Source: a virus. From it: a DNA stretch of 64,000 bases. The notes below the pieces were generated by a model that was not told where the DNA came from, searched no databases, and saw only the letters and a list, made by a program, of their open reading frames with translations. The stretch lies in the IMG/VR virus record IMGVR_UViG_3300037418_001469; one strand, given 5' to 3'. The position numbers were made by a program, and so were the translations under genes. Shown one piece after another: positions 44,112-55,117 of the stretch (position 1 is its first letter; every line of letters begins with the position of its first letter).

Positions 44112-44223
44112 TATCTTCCCTCTCTTGGGATTAAAATATAAAATTATAATCTAAAATTATATTTAAAAATTAAGTTGACAACTAACAACATATGTAGTAA
44201 AATTACATTAGAGGTGATAGCTT

Positions 44224-45249
44224 ATGAGTAAAAGACCACAAACATTTCATGATTACATTGGTCAAGACAGAATGAAAAGACAACTATCAGTAACGATGAG
44301 TGCATGTAAGAAAATGAATGAACCACTTCCACATCTATTGGTAAGTGGACCCCCAGGTTTAGGCAAAACAACTATCGCAAAGATTATTGCAAGCGAAATG
44401 AATGTAGGATTTCATGAAGTAATGGCTAGCAATATCAATAGCTTGGACGACTTAGAAAACGTATTCATCAATCTAGACGACAAGAAATATGACATATTGT
44501 TTATTGATGAAATTCACAGATTGCCAATGAAAGTAGAAGAACTGCTTTACCCTATCATGGAGGACTTCACTATTGAAGTAGAATCAACAGACCAATTTGG
44601 AAGAAAAAAACCTGAAAGATTTTGGATTCCTAAATTTACCTTGATAGGTGCTACTACATTAGCAGGAGACTTATCGCAACCAATGAGAGATAGGTTTGGA
44701 CTTAACTTCACTCTTCAAAAGTATTCTCAAGAAGAGACAGCAATGATTATTAACAATCTAGCATTGAGACAAGGAACAGAAATTACAGAGAATGCCCTAA
44801 TGGATATTGCTAAACGTGCCAAAGGAACAGCAAGAATCGCTATTAATTACTTTAACCGTTGCAAAGAATATGCGACATTCCTAGGTAAAAAATTAATTGA
44901 TGAAATAGCAACAACAGAACAGTTTGAATTGCTAGGTATTGATGAGTTAGGGTTAGATGAAAAGGACTTTGCTATCTTAGAATATCTAGCAACTCAAACT
45001 GCCCCAATTGGAATTGATACACTAGTAACCGCAACCAACATAGACAAGAGCACAATACAAACGATTATTGAGCCTTATCTAGTGCAACAAAGATTGATGG
45101 ATAGAACTAGAAGTGGTCGAAGAATTACCCCTAGAGGACTTGATTGGATTTACAGTAGTGGAAATTATGAGGTTGCTACTGAAATTATTGAGCCACAAAT
45201 ACAAGTAGCTACAAATAACGGAATGAATAGATTCGGAAGTAGACGATAA
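44224..45249 (+). CDS. ruvB: Holliday junction branch-migration helicase RuvB-like
   Basis: RPQTFHDYIGQ, GPPGLGKTT, LFIDEIHRL, FTLIGATT, RDRFG, IEPYL..RTRSGR. Confidence 0.93.
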   Translation: MSKRPQTFHDYIGQDRMKRQLSVTMSACKKMNEPLPHLLVSGPPGLGKTTIAKIIASEMNVGFHEVMASNINSLDDLENVFINLDDKKYDILFIDEIHRLPMKVEELLYPIMEDFTIEVESTDQFGRKKPERFWIPKFTLIGATTLAGDLSQPMRDRFGLNFTLQKYSQEETAMIINNLALRQGTEITENALMDIAKRAKGTARIAINYFNRCKEYATFLGKKLIDEIATTEQFELLGIDELGLDEKDFAILEYLATQTAPIGIDTLVTATNIDKSTIQTIIEPYLVQQRLMDRTRSGRRITPRGLDWIYSSGNYEVATEIIEPQIQVATNNGMNRFGSRR

Positions 45250-45262
45250 GGAGTGACTGCTT

Positions 45263-46801
45263 ATGATAGGTTTTGATTGGATAACAATGAACCCAATTAA
45301 AGTTAATGAACCCACAAAGTCAAATTTACCTCAAATTTATACGTTTAAGTATAAGATTGGCGATGTGTTTTATGACCCTAACCAAGGAAATATCATTGAA
45401 ATAACAGGATATAATTATAGTGCTATCGTAACATATAAAGGTGATATTACAACAAAAAATGCTAGCACTACGACAATAATAAAAACCAATACTATATATC
45501 AATCTGCGCTAGATAAATTAGAAAGGTATGATTCTTTGAGCAACTTAATGGACAGTAAGAAAAAGAATGGCATTAACTACAGAATACACTATGTTGATTT
45601 AGACACAAGCAAAAAAGTAGTAAAAGAAAAAGTAAAGCACACTACTATGACAATGACAGGCATCAGAGCATTAGCAAAGATGTTGAACTCCATGATAAAA
45701 CGTAATCCTAATCGAAAAATTATTATGGTGTCAGTAGTAGACGACCAAGGTATATATTTAAAAAGTGTTAAGTTTCTCCCCGAAGAGATAAAAAAACAAG
45801 TATTCTTAACAGGCATGAAGGAAAGGTTACTTGCATTTGCTAAATACGAATGTGGTTATGATATAGCAATAGGATTTTAAGGAGTGAATATATGTACAGA
45901 TATAAGATATATTTTTATGACAGAGATATAAACTCTGAATATCCTGTAACAATAGAAAAAAAAGATATATGTGATTTGTGTAAGTGGTTGAATAAGCACA
46001 CAACTAGGTGGAACTTAGAAGTTGTTTATGCTCAATTATTAGACGATAATCTTAATGTTAAAGGTCAAGTTGCACTACTACAAGAAGAATTGGATATTCA
46101 ACACTTTATTACTTCACTACCCACAAGACTGATTGCCTACCATGAGTTTATAAGCGGAGGTGTTTAATAGTGAACCTATATCGAATAAAATTAAGTGGAC
46201 AATTCGCTAACTATATTTACTCTTATTCTAAATGTAGCGACATATTATCTCTCGCTAGGTTCGTCAATAAAAGAATAGAGAATTATCCAAAAGAAAGAAT
46301 ATTTGAAATTGACTTGGTAGAGAATTACGATGACAAAGAAGGAATCAGAGTGTTCTCACAGCATGAGTATAATATACAATATTTTTATGAGACATACGAA
46401 ATGAGACTAATACAACACTATAGAGAGAAAAACGCAGTGTAGGGGGCTTACCCCTATACATAGGGAGAAACATATAATATTAATTATAGGAGATGGTTGG
46501 TATGATGACAGAGACAAAATTTAAAAGAGGCTATGAAAATGGAGAACAGACACTAGAGATTTATGAAGGCAAGGTAGACTTAGTATTGTATAATGACAAA
46601 CCTAATAGTCCTAGTTTTTACTTCTATCGCTTTCCTTCGCAAGTAGTATTCGGAGAGAAACTAAGTAGAGAAGTTAGCCTAGTGCATAGACATGAAGTTG
46701 AGAAATTTCTTAAAAAGAAAGGAATGGATTACGGTGAATTAATTGAGAAGTTGCTACATGTAGCATGGTCAAATGATATGACAATGAGAGATGAAATGTA
46801 G
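45263..46801 (+). CDS. Hypothetical proteins (45263-45880; paralogs 45892-46167 and 46170-46442; 46493-46801)
   Basis: ORF track; shared DI..L....NK and IQ.F.....RLI motifs. Confidence 0.55.
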
Positions 46802-47122
46802 CAAAAAAGTTTTTAAAAGTAGTTGACATAAGCTAGTCAGTGTGCTATACTAAAGATAGTTAAAGGAGATGATAACATGATTCACAATAATTACGAGAAA
46901 CTAACCTATGAGGAAAGAAGGATAACTGATGAAATGTTTGCCGAAGCATACAAGTATGCTATGAATAGAGGACTAAAACTATCAGGTGATGATAGGGCAG
47001 AAAGGTTGATTGAGGCTATTGCGACATATATAGTCGAAAGCAAAAAAGTTTAAAAATCAGGTATAAAACCTAACTAAATAACATATAATTATAATACAAC
47101 AAACAAAGGAGAAGTGATAATT

Positions 47123-47776
47123 ATGGCAAAATCAATCGTTGAGGCTCGCAAAGCAAAAGCAAAGGTTAACGAAGATGATTTAGATTTCACAGTAGGTACT
47201 ATTGCAGGATTGGAAGATACTACTGACAATGAAATCATGCAAGTTGTAACAAAATTAAACGAAAACAAAGAAACTCAATTACAAGGAGATGATGTTGATA
47301 TGACAACTCAAACAATCGAAAAAAACGTGGTCACACCTGAATCATTAGAAGGAACTGTTGAATTAAAACTTCGCAAGAATTACAAGCCACTTGTGGATAC
47401 AATCATTAAAAACAATGACAACGTAATAGTGCAAGAATTTGATACACACTTTCAAATCAATGCTCCACAGATTAAATTGACTCGTCAAGATGGAGAGCGT
47501 GCGCTAGGCAGACTGAATGATGGTCAATGGAGAGTTCTATTCATGAACAAACAAGGTGAACTAGTTAAATTTGATGATTATTCGTTTATCTTAGGTGTCC
47601 TTCCTGAAGAAATTGAAGAAAACAAAGAAACCGCACAGCTTAACACTCGAATCGACTCCAAGGCTAAGTTAGAAATGGACGAAATTCGTGACTTATTAGG
47701 AATGACACAATCTAAGTTCCTTGAAGTGGCAATTGCTGAATATGTTTCAAAAGTCAAAGAGGAAATGATTCTATAA
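47123..47776 (+). CDS. Protein with a C-terminal ribbon-helix-helix domain
   Basis: AQLNTRIDSKAKLEMDEIRDLLGMTQSKFLEVAIAEYV. Confidence 0.6.
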   Translation: MAKSIVEARKAKAKVNEDDLDFTVGTIAGLEDTTDNEIMQVVTKLNENKETQLQGDDVDMTTQTIEKNVVTPESLEGTVELKLRKNYKPLVDTIIKNNDNVIVQEFDTHFQINAPQIKLTRQDGERALGRLNDGQWRVLFMNKQGELVKFDDYSFILGVLPEEIEENKETAQLNTRIDSKAKLEMDEIRDLLGMTQSKFLEVAIAEYVSKVKEEMIL

Positions 47777-48720
47777 TAGAGTGGGTTTATCCCACTCTTT
47801 AAAGGAGGTGAGTAATCAAATAATATAACATAGGAAGGTGATAGTAATGGTCGAAACATTCAAACAAAAAATATTCGGAAGAAAAGCAAAATCACTATTC
47901 AATGTACTTCGTAACAGTGGTAAGATATCATTTGCTAATGATGTAATTGGTCTTAAGGTAACTAAAATTATAGATGGTGAATCAGGAAAATATGTTCTTC
48001 CTGACGGATTCTATGATTACCTTCCACTAAACGAGAGAGGATTGTATTACAAAGTATTCCTAGAAGATGGCTCTGACTACATTATAACAATAGACGAACA
48101 AACAAATAGTTTAATATTCAACTTTAACACCACAACAGAGAAATTAAAAGGATTACAAGAAACAATCTTAAACTTTATTGATTATGATTATGGCAAGGAA
48201 AAGGATTAATTCCTTGCCTTTCCAAGGGAAATATATTATAATTATGTTATATGTGAGGAGATGTTGGCATGCCACGAACTAGAGATAGTTTTACAATCCG
48301 AATAAGTAGAGAATATTGGATTACACAGGAAGGAAAAAAGATGTATGCACATGAATTTGATGACGAGCACCTATCTAACACCCTTGGACTTTTACATAGG
48401 CAGGCAAAAGCATACAGACTAGATGAAGCACTACGCTTATGTGATATGGTTGATAGAATAGGATATGAAGGTCATAATCAACAAGGAGACTATCAGACAT
48501 ACAAGAAAAAAGTTGATATGTTTCTAGACCCTTCTATTAGTGACAAAGAATGGCTCAAACAAAACTCTAAAATATATGTCCTGCTTATGGAAGAGGCAAA
48601 TTTTAGAGGAATTAAAGCTAATGACACCATACCAAAGAAAATATTAAAATCAAAAATCACAGGTAGATATGCTTATGGAAACAACTATTCATTTACTTGG
48701 ACTTAAGGAGATGGCTTATA

Positions 48721-49098
48721 ATGGAAAACACAACAAAACATGAGGCAGATTTCGTATTTATTCAAGGTGGAAGTAATGTGTACTTCATAGAGAAAGATAG
48801 ATATAACTGGTTAGATATATTTGTCGCTGTTGATGGATTTACGTTGCAGAGTTTTATAGATAGCGAGTATAAGACAACTGTATTAAATACGAGAGGAGAG
48901 GTTATCATGCAAAATTTTAAGAATGTTGACATGAAGGTGGTGCAAGAATTATTATCAGGTGTAGAGAAATCATATGAAGAACGACTACAACTGCTAGCTG
49001 ATATTGACAAGGCACTAGATGAAGGTGACAAAGAAAAATTCATGCGACTAACAGAATTATTAAATGGAGGTATCGAGAATGAGCGTGGAATCGCCTAA
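48721..49098 (+). CDS. IDEAL-domain protein
   Basis: LLADIDKALDEGDKEKFMRLTELL. Confidence 0.7.
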   Translation: MENTTKHEADFVFIQGGSNVYFIEKDRYNWLDIFVAVDGFTLQSFIDSEYKTTVLNTRGEVIMQNFKNVDMKVVQELLSGVEKSYEERLQLLADIDKALDEGDKEKFMRLTELLNGGIENERGIA

Positions 49099-50915
49099 AA
49101 TACAGTACGGATTGATATACAAAAAGAAAGATAGAATGCTAGGAATAGAAAAAGCATATAATGGTGACGATAGGTATGCTTGCGGTGAATACACTTACAA
49201 GCTAAGTGAGTGGCTCGATGAAGAACCTTGGTTACTAGATGATTTAAACAAGGTTCTTATGGCAAAATGGGCATCAGAGGAGTGGTATAATTCATCATAT
49301 GAGGAGCCTGTTAATCCATATCATCCAACAGATTTAGAAATTATCAAAGTAGTAACTATCGTTACAACTATGGAGTCTGATGTACTGGAAGAATTGGAAG
49401 TTGTTAATGAGAATTTAAAAGAACAAGGATACGCACCAATTAATGTTAAAAAGTATGTTCATGGTGATGACCCACCTATTGAAGAGGAGTAATTAAATTG
49501 AAAAGTTGGCAAGAAAAACCTTGCCTTCTTTTGGGAAATATATTATAATATAATTATCGGATAAGGACGTGATAATATGGCAAAAGGACTTAAAAATTTA
49601 TGGTGGTATTGGTGCATTCTATGTGGAATTACAATGACACTTATTATTGTGAATGGCGGTAAAATTGATACAGGTAACGGTATTGTAGGAGTATTGCTAA
49701 AAATGTTTGGAGGTTGATTACAATGAGTATAATAGGTAAGAAAACAAAGTCTCGTGGCACTTGGGGTAGCATTAAGCCTATTACAAGAATTAAAGAGAGT
49801 GCTAGGGCTTACGATAGAAAACAAACAAAAGCTGATACTAAGAAAAGGGTGAAAGAATATGAATAAAATCCCTATTGGTGACACATGGCTCTATTGGTAC
49901 AATAGAGAGCACCGTGATAACGGATTCTACCAAGAACTAGAGGCACTGGAAAGATTGATTGAGATGGAGAAAGAGTTTCCAATCAAAGGTGAACAGTGGT
50001 TACGAGAATCAATTAAAAAGAAAATTATCTTACAGTGTAAAATTAAATCCTTGAAAAGTGGTGTTGTAAATGAGTAAAAACGTAGCTTACATGATTGTTG
50101 AAAAAGACACAAATAGAATACTTGATTCAGAGGCAAGACGTTTAGTAGAAAAAGAAGTTACTTTTCATTCATTATTTCCTGCAAGGTATGTTGCAGAAAA
50201 TTTTCGCAATCGTGACTTAAGTGACAGACAAGGTAATTATTATAAAATTGTTGAAGTGGAGATTGTGGAGTTTGTCAATAATCAACTGACAATTGCCTGC
50301 GAAGAATACGAAGAAGAATTTAATGCTCCATTCTAAGGAGGTGATATATATGAAGATTTGCCCAACGTGTAGAAAAAGACAGCTATATCTTCCATTAGTT
50401 CTTAATCCATTATCAAAAGACGGTCAAACCTATATCTGTAGACCATGTAAGGAGGAAGGAAAATGAGTAAGCAGAGGGCTACTTAAGCCCTTTGTACATA
50501 AGGAGGCAATCATATGAAATTTGAACATATAGATGGAAGGATATATTTACAGCTATACGAAAAGAAAATTGATGTAACAGATAGCGTAATGCCTGTTGTT
50601 GATGATTACTTAGACTTTCATTTAGGATTAGTTGGAAAACATGAAATGAAAAGACAGGCGCAGGAAGATAGACCACTTACTGATGCTGAGAAACTAAAGA
50701 TAAACGAAGAATATCATAAGCAAAGCAATTGGAGGTAGACAATATGATGTTCAGAGTTAAGAGTGAATATAATCATGAAAACCCTTTGTATTATCATATA
50801 GATACAATTGCAATTGAACGAAAAGAAGGAGATATGGCTTACGTTTATGACACTAACGATGGAAATTACTTTTGGATTGAAGTTAAGAAATTAGAAATAG
50901 CAGAGGAGTTGTAAT

Positions 50916-51752
50916 ATGATACTATTAAACAGTAAAGAAGTTGAGTTTGGTTCATTTCCAAACGGAGAAACATTATTTAAAAAAGACGGATTAGAGATTG
51001 CAACATCAATTCCTAATGAAATATCATTTAAATATGAGAATGATAGCGACTTAATTAAGCTGATGTTTCTAAAGAACTACTTAGACATTTTCAATGTCAG
51101 AAATAATCTAACAATATACTATATGCCTTATAGTCGAATGGATAGGAGTGAAGATGGTTCACCATTCACATTGAAGTATGTAGCTAACTTCATTAACAAT
51201 CTAAAATTTGATTATGTAGAAATAGTTGAGCCACATTCAGATGTTACATGTGCATTAGTTGATAGGTCTTTACCTAGATATATAAATTATCAGTTGATTG
51301 GAAGAGTCATTGAGGAAGTTGGTTTTAATCCACAGAATGATTATATCGTATTCCCTGATGCAGGTGCTCAGAAACGATACACTATGAGATTTCCTAATGT
51401 ATTGGTAGGAAATAAAAAGCGTGACTTTACGACAGGAAATATATTAGGACTTGATATTGTCGGTGACATAAACAATGTTGGCACTAAGGCAATCATAGTT
51501 GACGATTTAACATCTAAAGGTACGACATTCGTTAAGACAGCAGAAAAGCTAATAGATTTAGGCATGGAAGAAATATACTTGCTTGTTGCTCATGCTGAAA
51601 ATACTATGTTTAAAGGAGAGTTATTTGATGGACTGATTGATAAGATATTCACAACTGACTCACATGTTACTGAGCATGGTTTTTGGAGTAGTAGAAGATT
51701 CCAAGACAAGCTAAAGATATATGATATTGAGGAGGTATTGAAAAGTGAGTAA
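50916..51752 (+). CDS. Ribose-phosphate pyrophosphokinase-like protein (putative Adps of NARP1)
   Basis: FPNGE, YMPYSRMDR, EPHS, FPDAGAQKRY, KKRDF, IIVDDL..KGTTF. Confidence 0.88.
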   Translation: MILLNSKEVEFGSFPNGETLFKKDGLEIATSIPNEISFKYENDSDLIKLMFLKNYLDIFNVRNNLTIYYMPYSRMDRSEDGSPFTLKYVANFINNLKFDYVEIVEPHSDVTCALVDRSLPRYINYQLIGRVIEEVGFNPQNDYIVFPDAGAQKRYTMRFPNVLVGNKKRDFTTGNILGLDIVGDINNVGTKAIIVDDLTSKGTTFVKTAEKLIDLGMEEIYLLVAHAENTMFKGELFDGLIDKIFTTDSHVTEHGFWSSRRFQDKLKIYDIEEVLKSE

Positions 51753-51941
51753 TCCGTTTAGATTAAGAGCAGAGCAAAGAGAGTTTGAGCAACAATACTA
51801 TGGTGGATATTGCAACCAAGCTAGAGCAAAAGGAATTGAGCCTATGTCCTATGTGAAGTTTCAATTTAGACTAGGACTATTGTTAGGAAGAGACTTAACT
51901 AAAAAACAAATTATGAACGAACTATTGAGGAGTGATGTTTA

Positions 51942-53675
51942 ATGACAAATACTAATCCATTTTTATTAGCTGACTTTTATAAGATAGGACATATTGCCCA
52001 ATATCCAACTGAAACAGAGATGATTTATTCTTCTTGGACACCACGAACTTCACGTATTAAAGGCATTGATAAAGTAGTTATGTTTGGTCTACAAGGATTC
52101 ATCAAGCAATATCTAATCGACTACTTCAATGAAAACTTCTTTGACAGGAATAAAGAAGAAGTTGTTAGTGAGTACGCTAGAGTCATAAAATATACTCTAG
52201 GAGTAGAGAATCCTAAGACAGACCATATTGAGGACTTGCATGATTTAGGCTATCTGCCTATTAGAATAGATGCCCTCAAAGAAGGAACACTGACACCTTT
52301 ACGAGTACCAATGCTAACTATTTATAATAGCAACCCTAAATTCTTTTGGCTAACAAACTTCCTAGAAACGCTAATGTCTGCTGAGTTATGGCAACCAATG
52401 ACAATTGCTACATTATCAAAGCAGTATCGTAAAATATTAGACCGTTATGCTTTAGAAACTACTGGCTCTACAGAAGGAGTAGAGTTCCAAGCACACGATT
52501 TCTCTCTTAGAGGTATGGCAGGTGTTGAGGCAGGTAAGAAAGGTGGAGTAGGACACTTGTTATCCTTTGTAGGTACTGATACTATCCCATCTATTACTTA
52601 CGCTGAGGCATACTATAATGCGAATATAGAGAAGGAGTTAGTTGGAACTTCTATTCCTGCAACCGAACACTCAGTAATGACAGCTAATTCTGATTATGAA
52701 ACTCGTGATGAATACGAATCATTCAGACGACTAATCGAAGATACTTATCCTAATGGATTTGTTTCAATCGTATCTGACACATATGATTTTTGGAAAGTTG
52801 TAGGCGAAGTTATACCTTCACTGAAAGATAAAATTATGGCTCGTGATGGTAAGGTAGTCATTCGTCCTGATAGTGGAGACCCTGTTGAAATTATTTGTGG
52901 TAAGCCTATTACTGACCTGACCAATGAAAAATACTGTGATACACTTGAAAATGCTAGAGATTTCTTCTATGAAGAACTAATGGATATACTACGAGAAGAG
53001 ACTCCTCATGGTGAATATGGAGATGATGAAGTTCGTGGTAGATTCAAGTATCAAGATAAATACTATGAACTAAGGATTAGTGTTGATTATGACAGATACG
53101 ATAAGCAGTATTACTTCATTTGCGGTCATAAGATTAGGCTCTTTAAGGAATTTACCCCAAGCCTATCTGACCTAGGACTCATTGAATGCCTATATAATAT
53201 CTTTGGAGGTACAGTAAATGAGAAAGGTTATAAGGTATTAGATTCTCATATCGGTGCTATCTACGGTGACTCTATCACTCTAGAGAGAGCAGAAGAAATT
53301 TGCAGACAACTTAAGGAGAAAGGCTTTGCATCTACCAATATTGTATTTGGTGTCGGTAGCTTTACAATGCAATATAATACCAGAGATACCTTTAGTTTTG
53401 CCATGAAAGCTACTTTCGGAGTCTTTAATGGTGAAGATAAGTTGATGTTTAAAGACCCTAAGACTGATAGTGGTATCAAGCGCTCACAAAGAGGATTAGT
53501 AGCAGTTGTGAAGAATGAAGAAGGAGAGATTACCTATATTGATGGTTTTGATAGAGAGTCTTATGGAGTTGACGAAATGCAACACTTTACCCTATTAGAG
53601 CCTGTATTCGAAGATGGTAAGCTACTTCGAGACCAATCATTAGCAGAAATTCGTGAGATTTTAGCAGGGGCTTAA
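51942..53675 (+). CDS. Nicotinamide phosphoribosyltransferase-like protein (putative Namat of NARP1)
   Basis: ADFYKIGH, HDFSLRG, GTDT, PATEHSVM, SIVSDTYD, IRPDSGDP, IYGDSIT, KDPKTD. Confidence 0.92.
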   Translation: MTNTNPFLLADFYKIGHIAQYPTETEMIYSSWTPRTSRIKGIDKVVMFGLQGFIKQYLIDYFNENFFDRNKEEVVSEYARVIKYTLGVENPKTDHIEDLHDLGYLPIRIDALKEGTLTPLRVPMLTIYNSNPKFFWLTNFLETLMSAELWQPMTIATLSKQYRKILDRYALETTGSTEGVEFQAHDFSLRGMAGVEAGKKGGVGHLLSFVGTDTIPSITYAEAYYNANIEKELVGTSIPATEHSVMTANSDYETRDEYESFRRLIEDTYPNGFVSIVSDTYDFWKVVGEVIPSLKDKIMARDGKVVIRPDSGDPVEIICGKPITDLTNEKYCDTLENARDFFYEELMDILREETPHGEYGDDEVRGRFKYQDKYYELRISVDYDRYDKQYYFICGHKIRLFKEFTPSLSDLGLIECLYNIFGGTVNEKGYKVLDSHIGAIYGDSITLERAEEICRQLKEKGFASTNIVFGVGSFTMQYNTRDTFSFAMKATFGVFNGEDKLMFKDPKTDSGIKRSQRGLVAVVKNEEGEITYIDGFDRESYGVDEMQHFTLLEPVFEDGKLLRDQSLAEIREILAGA

Positions 53676-54370
53676 TGCCCTTGCTGAACACTTGACATAA
53701 AAGACGAAGGAGTGAAAATCGTGAAAAAAGGTGACGTTGTTGTTTTTGTAATTGGTACAGACAAAACGCAATACAAAGTAATCACTGATGAATACGAACT
53801 TCATGGGCGAATAGTAGTCGATTTAGAAGGGTATTCGGGAGAGGTTGCAGTTGATTATCTTAAATTAGTTTAGTCGTCTTACGAAGATATAGCGAAAGGA
53901 GGAATACACATTGAATAAGATAGCTTTGAAGGATAATAAAACACTTCACATTACAAAAGGTAAAGAGTATGAATTAAGAACCTATGATGTCAGAGGCTTG
54001 GTTTCTGTTGTAAACGATGTTGGTGACAAAGTGATTATGTCAAGATATGATTTTGAATTTGAGATGATGGACTAGATAAAGGAGGAGATAGTATGGAAAA
54101 TCTAGATGTTGCAATTTTTATTGAGAGATTTATGTATAGAGAAGGTTTAAAAAGTGGTGAAACTTCCGTTGCTGAATTGGTAAAAAAATTATTAGAAGAA
54201 GATGAATAAAAACCCTTGCTTTTCTCTTGGAAAGCAATTATAATATAAATATACGATAAAGGAAAGGTTGTTGATACTATGGAAAATCAAACACACTTGA
54301 ATGCAGTCGGAGAGATTACTGAATTGCTTTACTTTGCTAAAAATACTAATGAGAAGGAAGGTAGATAATT

Positions 54371-55099
54371 ATGGCACTAGATTTAACTAAAAAAGTAGCA
54401 GTAGCGAAGGTAGTATTGGAGAAGAAAAATGTATTTGGTCAGAAAGCACAGATTGTTATTGCAACTGATATCTCAGGTTCAATGAGTAGACGCTTTGAGC
54501 AAGGCAAGGTACAAGAACTTATCACACGAATGCTAGGTATTGGAATGAATATGGACGTTAATAATGCTATTGATGTATTTGCTTTTAACAATAGGAGTCA
54601 TGTAATTGGTGAAGCTACACAGTACAATATTGATGGATTTGTTGATAATGTCTTCCTTCGCAAAGTATCAGTTAATGGAGGTACTAGTTACTCTCCTGTA
54701 ATGAGTGACATTGTTGGTAAGTTTGGAAATGTTGTTCAACCGCAAAGTGGTTTTGGTAAGTTGTTCGGTAAAAAATCTGAGCCTGTAATTGCGAATGTTC
54801 CTACTTTAGTATTCTTTATTACTGATGGAGAACTTGGTCGGTCAGATAAAGAGGCAACAGAGAAGATTATCCGAGATTCCTCTAACCAAGCTATCTTTTG
54901 GCAGTTCATTGGTATTGGAAGTGAGGAGTTTGACTTCTTGCAAAAGCTAGATGATTTAAGTGGAAGATTTCTTGATAATGCTGACTTCTTCAAAGTAGAA
55001 GACCCAACTACTACTCCTGATGAATGGTTCTATGAGCAAATTCTAAATGAGTTTCCTTCTTGGTTGAATCAAGCAAAATCTAAAGGTATATTATTATAA
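54371..55099 (+). CDS. vWA domain protein (Ter-associated)
   Basis: DISGSMS MIDAS motif, GGTSY, FITDG, IFWQFIGIG, LDNADFF. Confidence 0.85.
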   Translation: MALDLTKKVAVAKVVLEKKNVFGQKAQIVIATDISGSMSRRFEQGKVQELITRMLGIGMNMDVNNAIDVFAFNNRSHVIGEATQYNIDGFVDNVFLRKVSVNGGTSYSPVMSDIVGKFGNVVQPQSGFGKLFGKKSEPVIANVPTLVFFITDGELGRSDKEATEKIIRDSSNQAIFWQFIGIGSEEFDFLQKLDDLSGRFLDNADFFKVEDPTTTPDEWFYEQILNEFPSWLNQAKSKGILL

Positions 55100-55117
55100 T
55101 ATAGGAGTGTTGTAAAT

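Larger units (their letters stand above)
19368..44163. repeat. Dispersed 16-bp pseudo-palindrome RRTHTA-N4-TADAYY (~30 copies)
   Basis: Examples at 19368, 21301, 23695, 24320, 24349, 25645, 25682, 27176, 28742, 28795, 29342, 36681, 37170, 37413, 37659, 39356, 40953, 41034, 41183, 42993, 44148. Confidence 0.75.
26331..46851 (+). promoter_or_regulatory. Family of related strong sigmaA promoters in the early region
   Basis: TTGACA-17/18-TAnnnT at 26331, 27463, 30200, 31855, 32823, 34623, 35323, 37955, 39383, 41798, 44175, 46823. Confidence 0.8.
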
